Assembly (NCBI GenBank): GCA_965645245.1
Contig: OZ287073.1
Location: forward strand, 1,736,001 to 1,800,000
DNA length: 64,000 nt
DNA from: Massalongia carnosa
Taxonomy: Eukaryota
Direction of reading: 5' to 3'
The translations under genes and the position numbers were made by a program. The stretch's first letter is position 1; each line of letters starts with the position of its first letter. Positions 1-11,223 of the stretch are shown piece by piece. The notes under the pieces were generated by a model. The model saw only the letters and a program-made list of their open reading frames with translations. It ran no database searches and had not been told where the DNA came from.

Positions 1-1390
1 ACCACCTCCGTGTCAAAGAAATGTATGACAATGTCGTCAAAAAGTTCTCACGAGCGCTCAAATGGGAACAGGCACACTCAGGTTACGTGAGTAAGGAGGC
101 ATCGACCATTTCGGGGGCGAGCAAAGGTTATCATAAACCGTTGGGTACGGATCTGCCCCTGATCCGATTGAAAAAGTCGGCTCACCATTTACAGGCTCTG
201 ACCACCCTCTAGCCCCAATGTATCAGCAAATACTTTCACAGTCCAGGCTGGCAAAGGCAATCTCTACCCTCTTCAATTGTATATCAAGCTCCAAGATTGC
301 TCATATCCGTTTGACACCCACTTTGTCTCTGTCGCTACAGATTCCAATACCAACATCGACCTCAATCCTTCCCAACCTCCTTTCTCCTCAGCTGCCTGGC
401 CTTTGGCTGACAACCGCCAATCCTCTCCCCACCGACGACGATATTGATAGCAATGCCCCACAGCTCGCTTCCCATTTCACGCTTCTTCTGCTGTCAGATC
501 TTTCCAGCATTCTCTTAGATGTAAACGACTCTGCTTCTCCTATAACCGGGCCGCTAGCCCATTATCTTCGTGTTCAAAAACCTACCAAATCCTTCGTCCA
601 GATATCCCAATCATCCGGCATTCCCCTCCTTGATATCCAATTCTTAGCATCTCACCTTATTTACTGGCGCCGAGCCCGCGCCATCCCGCCTCTCCATCAG
701 CGCGACACTTATATCGTCTCTCCTAATGCTGATATGCAGAAACTTGCGTCCGCTACCTCAGCATTTGCAAAAGCTTTCCCGAATCTGCCTTCTCTGCCAA
801 AATTCCTCAATCTGCTATCTTTTACACCGCGCCCTTACTCGGCCCTTATCCCCAGCCAAAACCACAAGGAAGTCTACCTTGAAATCTTAGCATGGTTGCT
901 TCGGAATGGCTGGGTGACGCAGCTCCGCACGTTTGTATGGATCAGGGTTCCCCCTCATATTAGAGAGACTGTGGCGAGTCAGCCTGACCTATGGCGGCAA
1001 CCTGATGAATCTAATGATTCCTTCAAGGAAGTCCCGGGCGCTCAGGCTGCAGTATCAACTCGTGTTTTTTCTTCCTCTCCCACGTTTTCAACCCATAGTT
1101 CCAGCGCTGATTTATCAATTCCACCTCATTTCAATACCCCTTCACTCGTTCCCGACCCTCAACATGCCTCCGCCATTCCTTCGGGCCATCTCGCTGCCAT
1201 CTCAGCCCATGTTCTCGAACGGCAGGGGAAGGAGATACAGGCGGCGTGGGATAAGTGCGTGAAATATTTTGATGGCAGGCATGCTGTTGAGATCATTGCG
1301 GTAAGAGAAAGCTGGAAAAGGAAAAGGGTAGGGGAATTGGTGGCTGGTTGGGAGGCGCTAGGTTTGTTAGTCAGGGGAAGACACTGGTAA
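1..1390 (+). CDS. NPR3: Nitrogen permease regulator 3 (SEACIT/GATOR1 subunit), 3' part; 5' end lies outside the window
   Basis: ORF 21-212 (MYDNVVKKFSRALKWEQ) joins ORF 218-1390 in frame through a GT-AG intron at 145-194. Motifs HLIYWRRARAIPPLHQRDTYIVSPN and WLLRNGWVTQLRTF are recognised as fungal Npr3. Confidence 0.9.
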
Positions 1391-1765
1391 TGGTAAAGAT
1401 GTGATGCAAACACCGATGATGCGAGAAGTTGAGGCGCATTTCGAAAGGTGCGGCCGGCGGCATTGTCGTTAACGGAGGCATATAGGTGAGCTATCAATTG
1501 CTGTTCCCTGTCAACATCCCAAAGTTCTTCTAAAATCAACGCCGTCCAATGGAAGTGTAATCATCCGCCCAGTCATTGATAACGCGGCACTCAAATAGAT
1601 TGAATGATTTTTTTTAGCCCGTTCAACGAGTATTGGTCTATGTTTGTCAATGCTTCTTTTATTTTTAACTCTAGTTCTTCCTCTTACAGTCTCTCCTCAT
1701 GGTTATTCCAATGTTTAAATTATAAGGCCATTTCAATCTTTTTATCACGCGCCTCTTCATCTGTT

Positions 1766-2539
1766 CTATCGTACATTCGCGCAATTCGTTCCAAAAAAAA
1801 GACAGTCATCCCCATTAAAAAGTTCACTCGAGAACTCGTCTGCAGCCGTTTCTGTGGGGAATTGAGTGTTATCTAGACTGGTTTTCTGAGCAGAACTTCC
1901 TTTAATATCGTAATCAAAGGCTTGTGAACCATGTTGATCTTGGATTAATTTCTCCCCTTCCTTTGCATCTTTCAAGCCTGCATTTCCATCTGCCAACTCG
2001 GGCATACAGCATCTCACTATGTCCTCTGGACCAGGACACTCTGTGGCATCTCTAACCCAATGAATTAGCTATCTGTCAAATACCGAGGCAGATAGATGGG
2101 TATGTACGACTGCAAGGTGCCAGAGCATGTTCCTTTACCATTGCGGGCCATACAATGACCCCTCTGCTCGCTACCACAAGGAACTCGAAGACAGCAAGGT
2201 ACTACACCTCCCGCCTCTGCATGAAAAAAAAATAAACAATATGGTCAGCGAAGGTGGAGGACAGAGGGAATTTAACTAACCAGTAGGACAATCGCCAGAA
2301 CCGCCTCCGGCCCCGCGGAAGGTTAAACCATCGTAACACTGGTCTTCCATAAGAGAAAAGATGCATTTTCCAGAGAAAACTTTCTCCATCTCTTTTGGCA
2401 AGTCAAATATTCTCGTGCAAGGATACACCCCCTCTTGGCGGGCAGAGATAATATTCCCTGGTGCCCAGACATTTGGTGGCACCGCATTCACAACCCCAAT
2501 CGCAAAAAGCAAAACATTACTGATAACAGACCGTGTCAT
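1766..2539 (-). CDS. Small secreted cysteine-rich protein, about 217 aa, 3 exons (2539-2281, 2216-2108, 2051-1766)
   Basis: Hydrophobic N-terminus MTRSVISNVLLFAIGVVNA. Two canonical introns (GTTAGT..GCTGAC..CAG; GTACAT..GCTAAT..TAG) join ORFs 2276-2566 and 1766-2017 in frame (654 nt total). Two tandem C..G.C..C.G..CP..CC units. Confidence 0.75.
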
Positions 2540-3436
2540 GTCTCGCGTAGGAAAAATGTCGATCAATCAAAAGGGAAAAAAAAGCTTGTTACATATGACA
2601 AAAAACTTGCGAGAAGATCCTTATATAGCCGTTTGCCGCGAAATCCGGAAAGGTAATGGTCCCGTTTCTGCTTTGTTTGAAAACACGTCGTATTGGGTGA
2701 GTGGTTAAGTCGAATGTCTTGCCGGTGCGGTAAACGAACTAGGTTGCGGTTATCCATGCGTGCTTTTCTTGCCGAACGGTGAACCGCGAGCCGCTGCCGA
2801 AACTCATGGGATTTGCAAATACCATGACTTGGGCTACAACGAGACATAGATTCTGATTTGGGTCGATCACCTACTGGAAGCAGCTTCTCTGAGAACATTA
2901 CCCAAGAAACCGCTCCATCAGAATTTACTCGGAGATGACAAAGTTCTATCATCAAGCTTAGGAAACAGCATCAAACGGGTTGTCTCGTGCTGTTTATTCG
3001 AGCCCAAATTGAAGTCGCCTAAGCTCCGACATGCTAAAAACCTCCACTTCAACTCCGACATGAAGAATTGGCCATCGGCTGGCACGCGGAAACAGCTGGT
3101 ACATAGGGCCTTGATTTCAGCGCCGCAAACCCCTAATTAATATAAGTTTCTCGGGGAAAGGACTGTTGTTACGAAATACTTTGGCACTCCAAATGCAAAC
3201 ACACAGTGGGCATTCTTGCGCCAACATGCCCTCGGTTGACTGCCGCTCATGGAGTCCGGCGAAATCAATTCACTGGAGCAGAGATGGCGAGAAGCTTGAA
3301 ACGGGATATCTGAAACATCGGAACTACTTCCAAGCTCCCATTCTGTCCGATGATATATGATCCGTACCCAGTCTTTCTTTCGGGTTTTTGTCCAATGTGG
3401 GTCTGCTGTCATCTTGCAGCATTCAACCCCCTCCAT

Positions 3437-4255
3437 ATGATGTACATATTTTTCATCGCTGTTGCAATTCTCTCTGTCAATTCTCTTGCGCAAATCCCCA
3501 ATGACGACGCATTAAATCCATTTCAAAACTACATCGACACCATAGACGATTCGAATAGCGTTTTCACGGATGCCAACGCAAGCCCATCAGTTGCTCATGA
3601 TAACACTTATGTGGTTGGCAAACCGCCGAGTCGAAGTTGCCCTCAAGCTTCGGTAGACCAAGGTTTTACGGAGAGCTCGACCGGCCCGGCCTTCAACAAT
3701 CCGGCTCGCCCTTGGGAAGACTCTACAGGCGCCGTCACTGCCTCCGAATTGCCTACCAACCCCCCCAAAGACACATCAGCCATCGTCAACGCAGCCGACC
3801 TATCAGCTCGCGCCCAGCCCGCGCCCGTTCTTCGCCTCGCCGACGCCGACACCCCCCCCGAATGGATTCCCCACTGCCGAAAACCTGGCTACGAGCTCGC
3901 CTGCTGCTACAACCGCCCGAGACGCCCCAAGTACAGCTTCTGCTACTGGTACTCGCGCAACGAGAACTTCTGCCGGTACATCGTCAGCGACGATGATTAC
4001 GCATGCTGTCTCAAGCACGACAACGGCGGTAGGAAACCCCCGAATCCCGTGCGTGCCGAGTGCGAGCCCCTCGTTTGGCCCCACCAGGAGCCCGAGTTTC
4101 CCGTCGACGGGCACCACCGCCAGGAGACCCCGATGCAGCTGCAAACCCAACCGCAGCAGCAGGAGGAGGAGGAGGAGGAGGAGGAGGAGGAGGAGAAGAA
4201 GCGGGTCCCGGCCGGCGCGTGCCCCGCTAAGGGAGTATCAGTTCCTCGTGCGTGA
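3437..4255 (+). CDS. Secreted Cys-rich orphan protein with poly-Glu tract (effector-like)
   Basis: Probable start MMYIFFIAVAILSVNSLAQ (signal peptide) within ORF 3350-4255. An acidic/Ser-Pro spacer precedes a C-CC-C-C-CC-C cysteine cluster. The 3' half is GC3-rich. Confidence 0.7.
   Translation: MMYIFFIAVAILSVNSLAQIPNDDALNPFQNYIDTIDDSNSVFTDANASPSVAHDNTYVVGKPPSRSCPQASVDQGFTESSTGPAFNNPARPWEDSTGAVTASELPTNPPKDTSAIVNAADLSARAQPAPVLRLADADTPPEWIPHCRKPGYELACCYNRPRRPKYSFCYWYSRNENFCRYIVSDDDYACCLKHDNGGRKPPNPVRAECEPLVWPHQEPEFPVDGHHRQETPMQLQTQPQQQEEEEEEEEEEEKKRVPAGACPAKGVSVPRA
4163..4195 (+). repeat. (GAG)11 coding microsatellite (poly-Glu)
   Basis: Read directly from the sequence. Confidence 0.95.
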
Positions 4256-4553
4256 GAGTTGGTCGGGTAACACATCTCGTTCTTCTTTTGGGGGGAGGGG
4301 GAGGTGGGGGTTTTTTGCACCTCACGCACACACTTACGCAGGGGCGGGGCGCTCGATGTCATCTACCTATCTATCCACCCCCCCTCTCTCTCTCTTTCTC
4401 GCAGGACTTATGTGCTTTAGCGGTAGCATTAGGCATCCTGTAGATATGTATTATGTACACCCATATATACTATACATACACATATTTTCTATATATATTA
4501 TATACGCTTCGGCCGTCTCTGTCTCGCTGCTTTTTCCCCCTTGGGTTGGATCT

Positions 4554-4588
4554 GTAGGTAGGTAGGTAGGTAGGTAGGTAGGTAGGTA
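4554..4588. repeat. (GTAG)n tetranucleotide microsatellite
   Basis: Read directly from the sequence. Confidence 0.9.
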
Positions 4589-4901
4589 AGGGTTTGGCTG
4601 GCTTGGTTGAATGTCTATTTGTTTAGGTACCACTTCCGTTCTGGTCTCCTTCGCTGGGAAGGGAATAAGGAAGTTTCTAGACGGAAGGTAGTCTGGTTGT
4701 TGTAGGATGATTTTTTTTGTAGGACTGACTCTATCTAACTCGGCCATTTGTGCCCACGTCTAATAGCAAAAAAAAATTTTCCCTTAAAATTAAAAATGGG
4801 GATAATATATATACGATGCTGTCAAGGTTTGCGGAAATAGTCATCCATCTTCGCAAATGCTGTCGTTGCCTTTTACGCCCCTACAAACGGCCATAGCACC
4901 G

Positions 4902-6630
4902 CTATTCTAATCCCGTTAGTTCGTACCCATGATATCCGTCGCCTCCGAACATTCTCTCTCCTTCCTGCGACCAGTCCTTTTTCTTGTTCAGCCAGTCGCC
5001 ACCGAGAAACTGCCGGATGCAGGTGTCGTCGGGCTTCTTCTGCGGCGATTCGATAGGGACGAGCTTGTAGAAGTTTTCGTCGATCGAGGTAGGCTCGCAG
5101 AAACACCGGTCAGACGATTGGGGTGGACAATGCCTTCGAAGCGCTATGTCAGCACGCCACGCAACGAAATATGATGAGAATAGAAGCTCCCACCGGTTGA
5201 TATCGTGCTGATAGCCAATATCTCTGAAAAACCATATCTCGCTCTTCGGAGCAAACATGGCAACACTCAACGTATGTATCGGGGCGTCACCGAACCTTTC
5301 GTAGTAAAACCCTCCGCCCTTGTCCAGCCAGTCAAAGTATTTTTCATTGGCTTCGCTGCGGAAGTAGTTTAAATCCCCGATTTCGAAATTGGAAAAAAAC
5401 TGGCAATTGTTGTAATCTCCGCTGTTGTGCGGGTCGAGGAGCCAGTCAAGGTCTGCCTCCGGGTGTATATATTCAGGGTGTGCATTGATGAATGAACGAG
5501 TACGGGACCAGAGAGACGGGAAGGAGCGAGCATCGTCCAGAATGTTCATGTTGAAACCATATTTCATGTTGTTGTCGCGCATGAAGCGAAAGACGTCGTA
5601 ATCAATATCGCAGAAAAAGTGAACCTGAGTTTGAGGCGGTTAGCCTCCCCCAGTATCACGTTTCAGGGACTCTATACATCAGGCTCCACCCGCCAATACC
5701 AGTCAATGTCCTTTAGCCTTGGATGCTTGTAGAAGAATCCACTGTTCCATCGACACATATGTCGATAGCTGATCATCCACCCTTTCCCAACGCCAATGGC
5801 CCCTAGATATTCTAAACTATTCATGAATCTCCCTTCATCGACCCAGTCAGGCAACGACCAATGATCTGGAGGGACAACTTCATAGTAGCATTTTGCTGAT
5901 GTAAGATTCTGGGTGGCAGCCTATCCCAAGTCAGCTGAGAACGGATGCAAGACAAGGTTTTCCGAACCTTAAACTCATCATCAAAGGGCTCATCGTTGAA
6001 GAATATCCATGGATAGTTGTACTTGCGGTTCCATTGATATTCCAGTTGCCGCATGCTTTGCATGATGCCATCGAGCTCGGAATTACGCACTAAGCTTATT
6101 AGAGCAGCTCGAGGCTTTGTAGAGACTTGACCAAAAGGTGACGACTTGGCTGTTACAGCGTATTTACTATTCGAATTGTGCTTTAGCCAGTGTAATGGAT
6201 CCGGTGCGTTCTTATTTGCGAGTTGAGGAATTGGTCGAAGAACTTGGTACGGGCTAGAAGCTGGTCGTGTGACCGTGATGTGGATGACCTGACGGCGCCA
6301 GGATCCGGGTGAAGGCATGACCCATACTAGCAAGGCAAGGAGCAAACACAAAACGACGGCTACCTGCCTCTTCGAGACCGTGGTTCGGATGCTGGTCGGG
6401 ATGTATTTGTGATGTGACCACCGTGAGGGTGCTTTAGGTGACATCCAAAAGGTCGAGGAGGAGGATACTGAGCCAGCAGAAGAGGTAGACGAGGAGTCTT
6501 TCGAATGTAATGAGAAATTGGACGCCGACAGCTGAGACGGCGTGGCAAGTAACTTGGAAGACGTTTCGACAAATGGATCTCGAGAAGGCGAGCTGAAGAG
6601 TTGCCATACAGTGCTCTCGAGGAAGCCCAT
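4902..6630 (-). CDS. Alpha-1,2-mannosyltransferase, glycosyltransferase family 15 (KRE2/MNT1/KTR family); exons 6630-5968, 5920-5678, 5624-5194, 5133-4902
   Basis: Type II TM anchor. Motifs LVRNSEL, YPWIFFNDEPF, SYRHMCRWNSGFFYKHP, YWRVEPDV, SNFEIGDL, GFYYERFGDAPIH. Three GT-AG introns keep the frame. Confidence 0.93.
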
Positions 6631-7334
6631 GACGAATTTGCGAGGCGCCAGGCGACTCAGTCTGGGAAACCTGTGGATCGCTGCGTCTTCGAAACTTAAG
6701 GCTTTCGAATTGTCCCCAGTCTACCGAAGCTCTCCAGTCATTTTGTAGCCTTCAAATGGACACCGATGATGGAAACAGATGAAATCGAGAAGGAGAGGTA
6801 AGGAGATGCGAGAATGTGTTACCGATCCGTGCAAGGAGACCGAACACAAGGGATGTCGGATGCGCGGAGAGAGTTTAGGGTTTCGTTCGTCTTTGTTTCT
6901 GGAGAATTAGGGCATGACATTTAGGGCAAGCCAGGTGTCTTTACATCGGTCCGAGTACATGCGCCTAACCATATCACATCCACCGCAAGATTGTCGATCC
7001 CTCAAACTCGCGATACATGTAGCTACACCTTTAGATACCGTTAGGGATATTCGTTGGCGACGCTGCATTCCAGTCATTCACATCTGCCACGTTCGTCATC
7101 CTCTAAAACAGACATATAACATTCAACAGTCACGAACCGCTCGAATAACATCCCAGTTGAAAGAATCAGCAAAGGGTTATCAGGCACGATGATGGCTTTT
7201 CCCTCCCACAAAGTGACAGTCTGGAGCGATCTGCTTTTTATTCTTTTTGGAAAATACTGAACGCGTCTAATGTAACATGAGTTCCCTGGATATCGTAGAT
7301 GACCAAAACGCCGGGGAATAGCAATACATCTAGA

Positions 7335-10300
7335 CTACCGATCCGACGTCTCGTCAATGATGCCGGAACCTTCCCCGACCTCCAGGATGTTCGCATATGG
7401 TATGGTGATCCGCTGCAGATCACGGTTTTTCCCTAAGCGAGCGTTAGACGGATATGAAAACATTACGATGAATGTGCTTACCTAAAATCAGTATAACGCC
7501 TCGCAAGAGTTCTTGTCTCGGCCATCCGCACAGAAATCCGGTCGAGTTGCCCCATCTACGATCCTCTGGGTCGCGTAGAGGCGCTAGATCCCCTCTTGGC
7601 TCAGCGTTCGGGCTCTCGTTAAAATCGCCGAGTAGACTTCGGAGCAACTCCTCCACCTTGGCCTTTTGCCCTTCGGCACCTAATCTCTTTGCATACATGT
7701 ACAAATACACCTGGAAGTCGTCCTTGGCTCCCAACATGAGGGTAGCAGCAAGTCGATTCTCCAGATGAGCTATCGAAACGCTAGATTCAAATCCTTCAAA
7801 GCCTTCTCTCGCGAGAAGTTGCTTGATAAGTCGTTGAAGAAAATTGGCCCGTCCACGTGCCAGAGTCTCGTGGGTGGTTCTGCGCTCCAGAAACGGTATG
7901 ATACCCGCCGACACCCTTGAACGAGCTTGCACATCCCCAGATGGAGCAGAAGACGATCGGAGATTCCCCACGGAAGAGTCCGTAGTATTCCAGTACTGGC
8001 TTCCCACTGCCCACCATAACTCAGAGAGACGCTGCCATACATACATGGAAGGCGAATACGCGTATCCATCACCATTGCTGAGCGTCACCACAATTCGCCC
8101 TTCTGAATTAAGACGAGCAGACGTAATAGCAGGCGCATGGGTCACATGATCTTGGAGTTGATGAACCGCTATGTCTAAAACTGGAGCCAAGGAGACAGGT
8201 GGGTGAGGAGAGGAAAAGCTGCAAATGTTCCATACATAACACATTCCAACAGCCGTGACGCACAACAGCCATTGCTCTTCACAGTCCAATATGACTGGCT
8301 GACTTTCAAGCACCATCGCATTCACTAGCCTTCTCCCAGCGGGAGTCCACGCGTAAATACTTCCGTCTTCGCATGCAGCAGACCAGAAATTTCGGTTTCC
8401 TGTAATGAGGAGAACGCAACGAGGAAGGTAATCCTGCCATACAAGCTGACCATATTTCGTGACCGTGATGCGACAAGGTTCCGAGTCTTGTGCTTTTCCG
8501 GTGGGCGGTATGTGAGAAGGGTTGCGAGCTTCGAACATGATATCTGCTTGAGATGGTTTCATCTTCGTGGTATCTGTATCTCTAGATCCATTTACTTGGT
8601 CATCGTTTCCTGCTCTTGGCGTCGACCCACCAAAGGTTTGTATAATGTGAGAACGGACCCTGGGTACTGCCAACCTTAACTGACTTAACATCAAATTTGG
8701 ATTCGCCACAGCGGGTCGAATGAAGTCGGGCTTGACTGGCTGACTAGTTAAGCTGGTAACAGGCCTTGCTGGAACAAGGCCTTCGACTGTATTCGAAAGT
8801 ATCGGCACAGATCCATCTTTGGATGCAAGGGCCAGCTTTCTTTCCAAATGTCCATCCTCCGCTCCTTCAATGATTGCTAGACGTCGCTTGTTGCCCAGCA
8901 ATAATGCTGACAGCCCCCCTTTCGGTAGGCCGTCAAAAGGCTTGGACAGATCAAGAATTGTTTGCGGTTGATCATTTTGAGTCCCTTGTCCGTTTACTGT
9001 AGAAGCCATCAGACGCGCTCGAGGCAATGAGGATTCGTGTGCCACGGATGATGACACTAACAATGGAGCTATACGTTTCTTCCCCTCTTTGGTGTATGTA
9101 ACTCGTTGCTTAAGTCGCTCCAGCTTTGCGGTATTTGGGTCCAATTCTTGTACAGGCCTAGAAGAATTGCCTTCGGTGCCTTCGGTGCCTTCAGTATTTC
9201 CTTCCACCTCCTGTCCGTTGCGAATTCCTTGCGGGCCTCCCACACCGTTGGTTAGAGTACTTGGGGCAGGGACCAACGAAGTATTGCCATTTGGCACACC
9301 AGCATTGGACGTGGAATCACCCATCAAGGCACCCATACGACCTTCTGCTCCACGTAACTCCCCTTCTCTGCTTCTTTCCTCAAGTAACAAACCTGTAGTG
9401 CCTTCTATGATGCCTGCGCCTCGTCTGCCGGCCCCAAATTTCGCAAGCGTCTTCTCATTCTCCTCGAGACTCACTTCGTACCCTAATTCGCTGTTCTCAA
9501 AAGCCAGGGCAAGAATTGTGCCATCTAAACTTGTAGCAAAAACGGTTTTACCATCCGGTGTCCAAGCAAGGTCGGAGATGGATTTTATAGCAAGATCTTG
9601 AGTAATGACAAGTGGCTTTGAGTTACTTGTGATCCAAACACTTAAAGCCTTGTCTTGACCAGCACATGCAATAACAGTTACAAAGTGTTGTGCAGGTTGC
9701 GATGTAGCATCCGTGGATACTTTGTTGGGTGGCTGTTTAGCAAATAGTCTTGGGGAAAACGCACAAACCTCCACGGGGCCTTCATGACCGATGAGATTTA
9801 TATCACCATCCCAACTACCCCGATTAATGATAGCCACTGAACTCACCGGTCCATTGACTGCGTTGGCAGCAGCAATAAGATTCCCATCTGGTGACCAGGA
9901 ACATCGGCGGAAATAGGTGGTCAGCGGAGAAGCCACGAATGGAGCAGTTATAGTTTTCTCGAGGACGAAATTATTGGCCTGATCATGGCTCGTAGCATTT
10001 ATTCCGGGGGACGTGAAGCGCCAGATCTTAATTGTCCGATCATCGCTCGCTGTTGCGAAGTACTTGTTTGCAGGGTCGAATGTGAGTCCTTTGACATGGC
10101 TTTGGTGGTTTGAAAGCGTCTTCAGCTTCTCAAATGTGTGTCCTGACCATACAACCACCTTCGAATCCAGGCTTACAGACACCAGTATGGAGGAATCGTA
10201 GGACCAACCGAGATCTTGAACATCATTTTCGTGACCTATCAGCCTACGAAATATGCGCCAGTTTTCGACAGGTGGCGATTCGTTGGTCCCTGAATCGGCA

Positions 10301-10741
10301 AGTCAGCCGACCAGCTACTTTCTCGCCGTATACTCAGATACTTACCAAATGTCGCAGAATGGGAGGGAGGGTTTGGATCGAGAGTATAGACGCAAACAAT
10401 CCTGTCGTCGGCCCCAGAGGCTAAGTACTTGCCGCTGGAAGAGAAACGAACCGTGTGAATTGTTCCCGAGTGATAACTCATCGACGCCAATTGTCGCGGC
10501 TTGTTGTAATTGCGGTCACCAGCATTGTAAATTGCATCCGTCGACCAGATACGAACGTGCCCATCTAAACCGCTTGGGTTAGCTTGATTTCTCATCTTCT
10601 GTTCACCCCTTGCTATTATAGAACCTCACCGCCAGCAGCTGTAACAAGCCTGGTGCCATCCGGGGAGACATGACAACTGTACACCTCAAAATCCTTCTTC
10701 TCTCCACTATGCGTGAGCCATTCAGGGCGAATGTAGCGCAT
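7335..10741 (-). CDS. HIR1: HIR complex subunit / histone chaperone HIRA (WD40 + HIRA-B + HIRA C-terminal domain), multi-exon
   Basis: Start MRYIRPEWLTHSGEKKDFEVYSCHVSPDG at 10741. WD40 repeats, B-motif KQRVTYTKEGKKRIAPLLV, C-terminal SIAHLENRL. Last exon GKNRDLQRITIPYA ends at TAG 7337-7335. Confidence 0.95.
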
Positions 10742-11223
10742 GGTAGCGATTGAAAACTTTCCGCCTACGGCGCATCTCTTGCGGCTTTTCGTCAGGTGGA
10801 AGGAGGAATGTACAAGACAACGCAGTGTAGATAAAGTAACTAGGTATTTCTTTACTCACAATCATCAATACTTGCCTGGTAAGGCTAAAGATCCAGGTCC
10901 TGCTTATGTAAGCATAACTGCCTTTGAGGTACTCATTCTACCTACATGCTACACCCTTCATTATAAGGCTTTAATATTTTCCTGAAATCCTCAGTCCCTT
11001 TGTCAATCTGACGTTCAATAAATCTTCACCTTGGAAAAACTCTTACACATGCTGCTAAAGCTTTGCTACAACAAGAGTAGCTCTATACCTTGGAACAATC
11101 GACACCCGATGAAGCTCTCTTGGATCTTTGGCATATCTATCAAGCTTTTGTAGGACTAATCTTAGCATCGACAGCCTAGAAGATCCTTATCACCTTTAAA
11201 TATATCAGATGTTGAATGAATGA

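Noticed and set aside
3637..4565. Overlapping alternative-frame ORFs (poly-Arg, poly-Ser)
   Set aside because: Shadows of the GC-rich secreted-protein gene and its GAG repeat.
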